Shown here piece after piece: positions 37,658 through 45,973 of a DNA stretch of 64,000 bases; position 1 is the stretch's first letter; the number at the start of each line of letters is the position of its first letter. The DNA comes from Clostridiaceae bacterium. GTDB lineage: Bacteria > Bacillota > Clostridia > Oscillospirales > Acutalibacteraceae. The stretch lies in contig JAEDEQ010000002.1 of the NCBI GenBank assembly GCA_016293225.1, forward strand, positions 766-64,765, read 5' to 3'. A model generated the notes under the pieces. That model saw only the letters and a program-made list of their open reading frames with translations, was not told where the DNA came from and did not search any database. Both the position numbers and the translations under genes were made by a program.

Positions 37658-39553
37658 ATGGAAAACTATGTCGGAAAAAGGCTTGACGGGCGCTATGAGA
37701 TTATCGAGATAATCGGCGTCGGCGGAATGGCCGTTGTATATAAAGCGTTTGATAATATTGATAACAGAATTGTTGCGGTTAAGGTTCTCAAGGACGAATT
37801 TTTGCAGAATGAGGAATTCAGGCGCAGATTCAAAAACGAGTCCAAGGCTATCGCCGTCCTTTCCCATCCGAACATTGTAAAAATCTATGACGTCAGCTAC
37901 GGTGATAATCTTCAGTATATCGTCATGGAATATGTTGACGGTATCACTCTCAAAGAATATATTGAGCAGCAGGGCAGACTTGATATCCGTGAAGCCATTT
38001 ACTTTGTGACTCAGATTCTGAGAGCGCTTCAGCACGCGCATGATAAAGGCATTGTTCACCGCGACATCAAGCCGCAGAACATTATGCTGCTTTCCGACGG
38101 AACAATCAAGGTTACGGATTTCGGCATTGCTCGCTTCAGCCGCAGCGAAACAAGAACAATGACTGACGGAGCAATCGGCTCCGTGCATTACATCAGTCCC
38201 GAGCAGGCAAAGGGCAGCGTTACGGACGCAAAGACCGACCTTTACTCTGTCGGTGTTGTCCTTTATGAAATGCTGACCGGCAAGGTTCCTTTCCAGTCGG
38301 ACAACGCGGTGTCGGTTGCTTTGATGCAGCTTCAGAACGACCCCGTCAGACCGCGCGAGCTGAATCCCGATATTCCTGTCGGTCTTGAGCAGATAATTAT
38401 CCGCGCCATGCAGAAGAGTCCGAACGACCGTTATCAGTCGGCATCGGAAATGCTGATGGATATTGCCGAATTCAAAAAGAACCCGAATGTTAAGTTTGAC
38501 TATTCATACTTTGTTGACAAGCAGCCGACAAAGTACGTTCCGCTCAGCAGCATTGAAAGCGCCGCGAAGAACTCCGATAAGTCTCAGGAGGACGCGTATG
38601 ACGAGGACGACGAGGACGACAGCAAATCTAAGAAAAAGACCATCGGCGTTCTTGCCGGTGTGCTTGGTGCGCTTATTCTTTTTGCGGTAATCATCGCCGC
38701 GATAGTTTTGCCTGACAAAAATAAGGTCAGCGTGCCTGATTTTGTCGGTCTGAATTTTACAAACGACGTTATGAACGCCGAGGAATACGCGGGAAAATTT
38801 GTTTTCAACTGCATTGAGCAGGCGTCAAACGATAAAGCAAACGGAACAATTCTTGATCAGCTTCCGAAAAAAGGGAAGAAAGTTACCCTCGGCTCGGAAA
38901 TCACGCTTTATGTTGCAAAATCCGCAAACAAGGTTAAAATACCGGACGTATACGGCTATGAATACAGCACCGCGCAGTCAAGGCTAAAGGAAATGAACTT
39001 TGACACAAAGATAGTCAAGGAAAAAAGCTCAACCAAGGACGCAGGTACGGTTATAAGAACCTCGCCGGCACGCGATACCGAGGTCGATGAGGGTACGCTT
39101 GTTATAATCTATGTTGCAACAACCGAGGACGCGGAGCCTGTTGACGTTCCGAATCTTAACGGGCTGACGGTTGAACAGGCACGGACGGAGCTTGAAAAAG
39201 CAGGTCTTACTCTTGACGCTGCGCGCACGGAATACCGCAGCAATTCAGCCGAAAGGGGAACCATTATCGGTTATGAGCACGTTGGTGAGCAGGTGCCTCC
39301 GGGAACAGCTATCGCCGTCTATGTCAGCACCGGTCAGCTTCCGACCCAGAGCACAACCGAGTCAACTACCGAGCAGACAACTGCTGAAAAAACTACAACG
39401 GAAAGAACAACAAGCGCGCCTAAGCGCTCAACAACACTTCCGCCGGAAACCGAAAGCACAACCGAACCCACAAAAGCTCCGACCGAGCCGACGGAAAAAC
39501 CGGCAACAACTCCTTCGTTAACCGAAAGCAGCGATCCCGTTATAGAGGAATAA
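37658..39553 (+). CDS. prkC: Ser/Thr protein kinase with three PASTA domains
   Basis: HRDIKPQN, DFGIA and SPEQ motifs, a TM helix, three PASTA-like repeats, and a T/E/P-rich tail. Confidence 0.93.
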   Translation: MENYVGKRLDGRYEIIEIIGVGGMAVVYKAFDNIDNRIVAVKVLKDEFLQNEEFRRRFKNESKAIAVLSHPNIVKIYDVSYGDNLQYIVMEYVDGITLKEYIEQQGRLDIREAIYFVTQILRALQHAHDKGIVHRDIKPQNIMLLSDGTIKVTDFGIARFSRSETRTMTDGAIGSVHYISPEQAKGSVTDAKTDLYSVGVVLYEMLTGKVPFQSDNAVSVALMQLQNDPVRPRELNPDIPVGLEQIIIRAMQKSPNDRYQSASEMLMDIAEFKKNPNVKFDYSYFVDKQPTKYVPLSSIESAAKNSDKSQEDAYDEDDEDDSKSKKKTIGVLAGVLGALILFAVIIAAIVLPDKNKVSVPDFVGLNFTNDVMNAEEYAGKFVFNCIEQASNDKANGTILDQLPKKGKKVTLGSEITLYVAKSANKVKIPDVYGYEYSTAQSRLKEMNFDTKIVKEKSSTKDAGTVIRTSPARDTEVDEGTLVIIYVATTEDAEPVDVPNLNGLTVEQARTELEKAGLTLDAARTEYRSNSAERGTIIGYEHVGEQVPPGTAIAVYVSTGQLPTQSTTESTTEQTTAEKTTTERTTSAPKRSTTLPPETESTTEPTKAPTEPTEKPATTPSLTESSDPVIEE

Positions 39554-39554
39554 C

Positions 39555-40460
39555 ATGGGTAATATGAAAGAATCAGAGAAAAAAAGCGGTATCATACTTA
39601 AAGGTATCGGCGGTTTCTATTATGTGGAAACCGCCGACGGCGTTTTTGAATGTAAAGCCAAGGGAAAATTCCGTAAGGACAGGATAACTCCGCTTGCCGG
39701 TGACAGGGTTGTTATTGAAGTCAATCAGAATGCAGAAAACACAATTTGCTCCATTGAAGAACGTAAAAATTTTCTCAGGCGGCCGCCTGTTGCAAATATT
39801 GACAAGCTTCTGATTGTTGTTTCAATGCGCGACCCTGAGCCGAATACTCTTGTCATTGATAAAATGACGGCTCTTGCGCAAAAGAACAAGATTGAGCCTG
39901 TCCTTGTTTTTTCAAAAACCGACCTTGCCTCTGCGGAAAAAATGCTTGAGATATACAAAACAACAGGCTACAGCGTTTACACCGTATCGCCCGAGGATCA
40001 CTCGGATATTGAAGCTATTAAAGCTGAGCTTTCCGGAAAGCTGACTGCCTTTACAGGGAATTCCGGCGCAGGAAAATCAACGCTTATTAATATGCTTTGC
40101 CCGTCCCTTTCGCTTGATACCGGCGAGATCAGCCTGAAGCTCGGACGCGGCAGACACACTACCCGTCAGGCGGAAATTTTTCATATTGGAGACGGACTTA
40201 TCATTGACACGGCGGGCTTTTCCTCTGTAGACCTTGTTTCCGCCGATCCCATTTTGAAAAACGAGCTTGCTGCCTGCTTTCCGGAATTCAGTAAATATAT
40301 CGGCATGTGCAAATTCACCTCCTGCGCCCATATAGGCGAAAAGGGATGCAAAATTTGCGAGATGACCCAAAAAGGCGTAATCAGCAAAAGCAGACACGAC
40401 AATTACGTTTTATTGTATAACGAGGCAAAAAACATTAAAGAATGGGCGCTTTCACAATAA
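39555..40460 (+). CDS. rsgA: ribosome small-subunit-dependent GTPase A
   Basis: GNSGAGKSTLIN, DTAGF and the zinc knuckle CKFTSCAHIGEKGCKIC. Confidence 0.93.
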   Translation: MGNMKESEKKSGIILKGIGGFYYVETADGVFECKAKGKFRKDRITPLAGDRVVIEVNQNAENTICSIEERKNFLRRPPVANIDKLLIVVSMRDPEPNTLVIDKMTALAQKNKIEPVLVFSKTDLASAEKMLEIYKTTGYSVYTVSPEDHSDIEAIKAELSGKLTAFTGNSGAGKSTLINMLCPSLSLDTGEISLKLGRGRHTTRQAEIFHIGDGLIIDTAGFSSVDLVSADPILKNELAACFPEFSKYIGMCKFTSCAHIGEKGCKICEMTQKGVISKSRHDNYVLLYNEAKNIKEWALSQ

Positions 40461-40536
40461 AATCGTTTCCCCGTATAATATTATTGAGCCTGAGCAAAAG
40501 AATGCCCGGCAAATAATATTGCAAAGGATTGATGGT

Positions 40537-40686
40537 ATGCGCGACTCAAGGAACGCCAACAGGGGACTTGTTTTTGCCGCTTTCGGCGCCGGACTTCTTC
40601 TTGCCTTGTGCTTTCCAACAAAGATCATGCTGTTTATTCTTGCAATAATGCTTGTAATTCTCGGCGTGATTTCGTGCTCAAGATAG
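40537..40686 (+). CDS. 49-aa two-helix membrane peptide (hypothetical; below the ORF-track cutoff)
   Basis: My own translation is MRDSRNANRGLVFAAFGAGLLLALCFPTKIMLFILAIMLVILGVISCSR. An AAGGA RBS sits 8 nt upstream of the ATG. Confidence 0.4.
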   Translation: MRDSRNANRGLVFAAFGAGLLLALCFPTKIMLFILAIMLVILGVISCSR

Positions 40687-40713
40687 CTCATATTTTTTCG
40701 GGAGGTCTTGCAG

Positions 40714-40800
40714 ATGAAAGTTGTTGTTATCAAAAGTCCGAAAGCCTTGCGTGGCATTTTAAAGCTGATTTTCAAGATTAAGGATACCGACGCTTCCTGA
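40714..40800 (+). CDS. spoVM: stage V sporulation protein M (28 aa; below the ORF-track cutoff)
   Basis: MKVVVIKSPKALRGILKLIFKIKDTDAS resembles B. subtilis SpoVM (MKFYTIKLPKFLGGIVRAMLGSFRKD). GGAGG lies 8 nt before the ATG. In B. subtilis spoVM also lies shortly downstream of prkC-rsgA. A terminator follows. Confidence 0.7.
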   Translation: MKVVVIKSPKALRGILKLIFKIKDTDAS

Positions 40801-40828
40801 GGCTCAAACGAGCCTCTTGATTTTTTTT
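40799..40828 (+). terminator. intrinsic terminator after spoVM
   Basis: GAGGCTC (40799-40805) pairs with GAGCCTC (40810-40816), followed by TTGATTTTTTTT. Confidence 0.6.
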
Positions 40829-40934
40829 GAAAAATGTGTAAAATATATCTGTTGTACTATATATTGTTCCGTTAACTAAGTTAAACGGCGGATTTTGTGT
40901 TTTCCGCTCGGATAAGAAAGGATTTGGATTAATA

Positions 40935-42920
40935 ATGGCGAAAAAAGGCGGCTACAGCGATCAGGACATTGAAGTCCTTGAGGGCGCCGATAAAGTTCGA
41001 AAGCGCCCTGCCGTAATATTCGGTTCAAACGGAATTGAGGGCTGCGAGCATTCAATGTTTGAAATTCTGTCAAACTCAATAGATGAGGCAAGGGAAGGCT
41101 ACGGTAACAGAATAATAATAACAAGATATCTTGACGGTTCGGTTGAGGTTCAGGACTTCGGCCGCGGAATACCCGTCGGCTTCAATGAAAAATACGGCAA
41201 ATATAACTGGGAGCTTGTTTTCTGCGAGATGTACGCCGGCGGAAAGTATAAAACAAATTCCGGCGGAAGCTATGAATACTCCCTCGGACTCAACGGACTC
41301 GGTCTTTGCGCAACCCAGTATGCCAGCGAATATATGGACGCGGAAATAAAGCGCGACGGACAGAAGTACACGCTCCACTTTGAAAAGGGCGAAAACATCG
41401 GAGGTCTGAGCAGCGAGCCTTATTCAAAAAAAGATACCGGAAGCCGCATAAGGTGGAAGCCGGATCTTGAGGTTTTTACCGATATCGACATTCCTCTTGA
41501 ATATTATCAGGAGGTCATCAAACGTCAGGCAATAGTCAACAGCCGCGTCCGTTTTGAGCTGAAAAACCAGATTAAGGGCGGCTTTGAAACCTTTGAATAT
41601 TACTATGAAAACGGAATTGCCGACTATGTGCGCGAATTTGCGGGCGAGGACGCAATTTCCTCTGTCCAGTTCTGGACTGCGGACAGATCCGGCCGCGACA
41701 GAGCCGATCTTCCCGAATATAAGGTCAAGCTGAATGTTGCTCTTACGTTCTGCAACAAAAGGCAGATGATTGAATACTACCACAATTCAAGCTGGCTTGA
41801 GTTCGGCGGTTCGCCGGAAAAGGCCGTAACAAGCGCCTTTGTTTCGCAGATTGACGCTTATCTCAAGCAGAACGGAAAATACAGCAAGTCTGACTCAAAA
41901 ATAAAGTTCCAGGACGTTGCGGACTGCCTTATTCTTGTTTCTTCGTCCTTTTCAACCGAAACCTCCTATCTCAATCAGACGAAAAAGGCAATAACCAATA
42001 AGTTTATTCAGGAGGCAATGACGGAATTTCTGCGCCATCAGCTTGAAGTGTATTTCCTTGAGAACAAAATGGAAGCGGAAAAGATTTGCGACCAGATTCT
42101 TGTAAATATGCGCAGCCGTGTCAAGGCCGAGGCAACAAGGGTCAGCATTAAAAAAACGCTTTCCGCCTCAAACGACCTTACCAACCGCGTGCAGAAGTTT
42201 GTTGACTGCCGAAGCCGTGATGTCAACGTCCGCGAGCTTTTCATTGTGGAGGGCGATTCGGCTCTCGGCGCGTGTAAGCAGGCGCGCGACTCGGAGTTTC
42301 AGGCCTTGATTCCCGTCAGGGGAAAAATTCTTAATTGCCTTAAATCCGAGTATGACAAAATTTTCAAGAGCGAAATTATCGTTGACCTTATCCGCGTGCT
42401 CGGCTGCGGAGTTGAAGTTAAGACGAAGCACATTCCCGATAAAAACATGGTCACCTTTAACATGGACAACCTGCGCTGGAGCAAAATCATCATCTGCACC
42501 GACGCCGATGTTGACGGCTATCAGATCAGAACGCTTATTCTGACAATGCTTTATCGCCTTGCTCCGTCGCTTATCAGCGCCGGAAAGGTGTTCATCGCCG
42601 AGTCTCCTCTTTATGAAATTACAAGCGGAGATCAGACCTGGTTTGCTTACACCGAAAAGGAAAAGACCGACGCCATTAATGAGATAGGAAACAAAAAATA
42701 TACCATTCAGCGCTCAAAAGGTCTCGGTGAAAACGACGCGGAAATGATGAACCTTACAACCATGAACCCGGCAACGCGGCGCCTTATTAAGATCGAGCCT
42801 TCCGAAGCTGAAGCAACGGCGGAAAAATTCGATCTTCTGCTTGGCGATAATCTTGCCGGCAGAAAAGATTACATTGCAAATTTCGGTCATTTATACATTG
42901 ATATGACCGACGTCAGCTGA
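40935..42920 (+). CDS. parE: type IIA topoisomerase subunit B (ParE/GyrB family; topo IV-like)
   Basis: GHKL ATPase N-terminus, the EGDSA and PVRGKILN Toprim motifs, and DADVDG. It is not adjacent to dnaA/dnaN, so I read it as the second type IIA enzyme. Confidence 0.85.
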   Translation: MAKKGGYSDQDIEVLEGADKVRKRPAVIFGSNGIEGCEHSMFEILSNSIDEAREGYGNRIIITRYLDGSVEVQDFGRGIPVGFNEKYGKYNWELVFCEMYAGGKYKTNSGGSYEYSLGLNGLGLCATQYASEYMDAEIKRDGQKYTLHFEKGENIGGLSSEPYSKKDTGSRIRWKPDLEVFTDIDIPLEYYQEVIKRQAIVNSRVRFELKNQIKGGFETFEYYYENGIADYVREFAGEDAISSVQFWTADRSGRDRADLPEYKVKLNVALTFCNKRQMIEYYHNSSWLEFGGSPEKAVTSAFVSQIDAYLKQNGKYSKSDSKIKFQDVADCLILVSSSFSTETSYLNQTKKAITNKFIQEAMTEFLRHQLEVYFLENKMEAEKICDQILVNMRSRVKAEATRVSIKKTLSASNDLTNRVQKFVDCRSRDVNVRELFIVEGDSALGACKQARDSEFQALIPVRGKILNCLKSEYDKIFKSEIIVDLIRVLGCGVEVKTKHIPDKNMVTFNMDNLRWSKIIICTDADVDGYQIRTLILTMLYRLAPSLISAGKVFIAESPLYEITSGDQTWFAYTEKEKTDAINEIGNKKYTIQRSKGLGENDAEMMNLTTMNPATRRLIKIEPSEAEATAEKFDLLLGDNLAGRKDYIANFGHLYIDMTDVS

Positions 42921-42931
42921 GGAGAAAACAA

Positions 42932-45199
42932 ATGGCAAAGAAGAAAAAAACACACGAAAAAACAAACGATATCACAGAACTGCTTGAACACGCACACATC
43001 TCCTCGGCAGGCGATATTGTTGAGCAGCCGATTGTTGACGCGCTTGAGATAAATTATATGCCATACGCCATGAGCGTAATTTTGTCAAGAGCCATTCCGG
43101 AGATAGACGGACTCAAGCCCTCGCACAGGAAGCTTCTTTATACAATGTATAAAATGAATCTCCTCTCCTCCGGAAGAACAAAGTCTGCCAATATAGTCGG
43201 TCAGACAATGCGCCTCAATCCCCACGGAGACGCTTCAATTTATGAAACAATGGTTCGCCTTGCCCGCGGAAATGAAACGCTTTTGTGTCCGTTTGTGGAT
43301 TCAAAGGGAAACTTCGGCAAGGCATATTCGCGCGATATGCACTACGCCGCCGCAAGATACACCGAGGCGAAGCTTGAACCCGTCTGCAACGAGCTTTTCC
43401 GCGATATTGACAAGAACACGGTTGACTTTGTTGATAACTATGACAGCACAACAAAGGAGCCTGTTCTGCTTCCCGTCACGTTTCCGTCGATACTTGCCAA
43501 TGTCAGCCTTGGAATCGCCGTCGGTATGGCAAGCTCAATCTGCTCGTTTAACCTCAAGGAGCTTTGCGAAACAACTATTGAACTTATCAAAAATCAGGAT
43601 CACAACATCAGTGACACGCTCATTGCGCCGGATTTTGTCGGCGGAGGAACAATTATCTATGATAAAAAGGCGATTGAGGACGTCTATAACACCGGTCGCG
43701 GCTCAATAAAAGTCCGCGCAAAGTATAAATACGACAAGGACTGTAATTGCATAGATATATATCAGATACCGCCTACTACAACAGCTGAGGCGATAATCGA
43801 TAAAATTATCGAACGCATCAAGAGCGGAGCTTTCAAGGAAATCAGCGATATCCGCGATGAAACGGACAGGCAGGGTCTTAAAATTACCATTGACCTCAAA
43901 AGGGGAGTCGATCCGGAAAAGCTTATGCAGAAGCTTTACAAATCCACGCCCCTTGAGGATTCGTTTTCCTGCAATTTCAATGTCCTCATCAACGGTTATC
44001 CCAAGGTTCTTTCGGTCAGAGAAATTCTTATTGAATGGATACGCTTCAGAGGAAAGTGCGTTTTCAGGCGTATCAGCTTTGACCTTGAAAAAGCAAAGGA
44101 CAGGCTGCATTTGCTCAAGGGTCTTGAAAAGATTCTGCTTGACATTGACAAGGCTATTGCGGTTATCAGAAACACTGAGGAGGAAAGTGAGGTTGTTCCG
44201 AATCTCATGATAGAGTTCGGAATTGACAAAACGCAGGCGGAGTACGTTGCGGAAATCAAGCTGCGCCACCTCAACCGTGAATATATTCTGAAGCGGCTGA
44301 AAGATATTGATAACCTTACCGCCGCCATCGCCGATATGGAGGATACGCTCTCAAGCAAGGCAAAGATAAGAAAGGTCATCATTAAAGAGCTTGAGGAGGT
44401 TATCAAAAAGTATTCTATCGAAAGGCGCAGCGATATTCTCTATGCTTCCGAGCTTGAGGAAACCGAGCCTGAGCAGGAGATTCCGGATTACCCGGTTACG
44501 GTTTTCTTCACACGCGACGGATATTTCAAAAAGATAACGCCTCAGTCGCTTAGAATGAGCGGCGAGCAAAAGCTCAAGGAGGGCGATGAAATTATTCTGA
44601 GAACCGAAACAACGAATGCAAAGGAGATACTTTTCTTCACAGATAAGCATCAGGTTTACAAGGCAAAAATGAATGATTTCTCAGACACAAAGGCAAGCGT
44701 TCTCGGCGATTACATTCCTTCAAAGCTTTCAATGGACGAGGGCGAAAACGCCGTTTTTGCGGCTGTTCTGAATAACGGCTATAACGGGTATATGCTTTTT
44801 GTTTTTGAAAACGGAAAAGCGGCAAAGGTCAATCTTTCCTCATACGCAACAAAGGCCAACCGCAAAAAGCTTATAAAGGCCTATTGCGATAAATCGCCGC
44901 TTGTGCAGATTCTGATGCTTGATGAGGACAAGGACCTTGTTATTGAAACAACGGCAGGCAGATATCTGCTTTTCAATACTGCTCTTATTTCACCAAAGGC
45001 GATGAAGGATACGCAGGGAGTTGCCTGCATGACGCTCAAAAAGAGCAACAGGATTTCCCTTGTCCGCGATTACAAGGAGGGTGAATTTGTAAAGCCATAC
45101 CGCTATAAATCGAAAAATCTGCCCTCAACCGGCGCACTGCTCAGCACCGAGGACGCAGCGCTGAAAAACAATTTTCAGTTTGAGGGCTTCGGAGAATGA
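42932..45199 (+). CDS. parC: type IIA topoisomerase subunit A (ParC/GyrA family; topo IV-like)
   Basis: Catalytic region AAARYTEAKL and GLKPSHRK. At 755 aa it is short, and I could not find a GyrA-box (QRRGGKG) in the C-terminal domain. Confidence 0.85.
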   Translation: MAKKKKTHEKTNDITELLEHAHISSAGDIVEQPIVDALEINYMPYAMSVILSRAIPEIDGLKPSHRKLLYTMYKMNLLSSGRTKSANIVGQTMRLNPHGDASIYETMVRLARGNETLLCPFVDSKGNFGKAYSRDMHYAAARYTEAKLEPVCNELFRDIDKNTVDFVDNYDSTTKEPVLLPVTFPSILANVSLGIAVGMASSICSFNLKELCETTIELIKNQDHNISDTLIAPDFVGGGTIIYDKKAIEDVYNTGRGSIKVRAKYKYDKDCNCIDIYQIPPTTTAEAIIDKIIERIKSGAFKEISDIRDETDRQGLKITIDLKRGVDPEKLMQKLYKSTPLEDSFSCNFNVLINGYPKVLSVREILIEWIRFRGKCVFRRISFDLEKAKDRLHLLKGLEKILLDIDKAIAVIRNTEEESEVVPNLMIEFGIDKTQAEYVAEIKLRHLNREYILKRLKDIDNLTAAIADMEDTLSSKAKIRKVIIKELEEVIKKYSIERRSDILYASELEETEPEQEIPDYPVTVFFTRDGYFKKITPQSLRMSGEQKLKEGDEIILRTETTNAKEILFFTDKHQVYKAKMNDFSDTKASVLGDYIPSKLSMDEGENAVFAAVLNNGYNGYMLFVFENGKAAKVNLSSYATKANRKKLIKAYCDKSPLVQILMLDEDKDLVIETTAGRYLLFNTALISPKAMKDTQGVACMTLKKSNRISLVRDYKEGEFVKPYRYKSKNLPSTGALLSTEDAALKNNFQFEGFGE

Positions 45200-45207
45200 A
45201 AAAACGG

Positions 45208-45252
45208 GCTGCCGCATTCTGACGCTTATCAAAAAGCGCTGAATGCGACAGC
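45208..45252 (-). terminator. stem-loop between convergent parC and rnhA (terminator mainly for rnhA)
   Basis: GCTGCCGCATTC pairs with GAATGCGACAGC (one mismatch) with an inner 5-bp helix. On the minus strand it is followed by a T-run (complement of GAAAAAACGG at 45198-45207). Confidence 0.6.
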
Positions 45253-45265
45253 TTCATAATTAATG

Positions 45266-45703
45266 CTATTGAAATTTTTGGCTTTGAGCCACAGCGAGTT
45301 TGTCGCAGCGTTCGTTTTCGGGGTGACCTGCGTGACCCTTTATCCATTTAACGGTGACAACGTGGTTGTCAATAAGTGAAAGCAGCTCGTCCCACAGCTC
45401 GGGATTGAGCGCGGGCTTTTTGTCCTTTTTGCGCCAGTTGTTTGCCTTCCAGCTTCTTGCCCAGCCGAGATTGATTCCGTCGGACACATATTTTGAGTCG
45501 GTGATAACCGTAACAATGCATTTTTCCCTTAGGGCTTTCAGTCCCTCAATAACGGCCGTCAGTTCCATACGGTTGTTTGTTGTCTGCCTTTCTCCGCCGG
45601 AAAGCTCCTTTTGTCTGCCCTTATAATCAAGTATTGTTCCCCAGCCGCCGGGACCCGGATTTCCGGAGCAGGCGCCGTCCGTGTAAATAATAACTTCTTT
45701 CAT
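45266..45703 (-). CDS. rnhA: ribonuclease HI
   Basis: [28 protein letters not shown] and [12 protein letters not shown] cover the DEDD catalytic residues. Confidence 0.93.
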   Translation of the reverse strand: MKEVIIYTDGACSGNPGPGGWGTILDYKGRQKELSGGERQTTNNRMELTAVIEGLKALREKCIVTVITDSKYVSDGINLGWARSWKANNWRKKDKKPALNPELWDELLSLIDNHVVTVKWIKGHAGHPENERCDKLAVAQSQKFQ

Positions 45704-45735
45704 GGTTTACCTCTTAATCAGTGATTGCTTAATAG

Positions 45736-45764
45736 ATAGTACCACAACTGAGTTCTTTTATCAA
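45736..45764 (-). promoter_or_regulatory. candidate sigma-A promoter for rnhA
   Basis: The minus strand reads TTGATA, a 17-nt spacer, then TACTAT preceded by TGg (extended -10). Confidence 0.55.
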
Positions 45765-45867
45765 GGGGTGTCTATTCGGCTTTATATCAGTCAATAATCA
45801 TTTTGCGCTTTGAAGCGTTGCCGCTGCGATTATTTGATAAACATTGTGTTAACATGCCGTGCTTTCC

Positions 45868-45896
45868 TTGACACCTAAGTAAAAAAATAGTAAAAT
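45868..45896 (+). promoter_or_regulatory. sigma-A type promoter for rnj
   Basis: TTGACA at 45868-45873, a 17-nt spacer and TAAAAT at 45891-45896. Confidence 0.65.
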
Positions 45897-45973
45897 ATTC
45901 TGTAAATATCAATAAGCATTAAAATTGTCATATTCTATGTTTTACATAACAAAATTATATTTTAAAGGAGTGT

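Noticed and set aside
37304-38188. A 294-aa minus-strand ORF spanning the stp/prkC junction
   Set aside because: It is antisense to two strongly supported genes, has no recognisable domain, and has the composition typical of an antisense frame in a gene with biased third positions.
40827-40844. TTGAAA / TAAAAT as a promoter for the topoisomerase genes
   Set aside because: The spacer is about 6 nt, which is incompatible with sigma-A geometry. I could not support a convincing promoter here.
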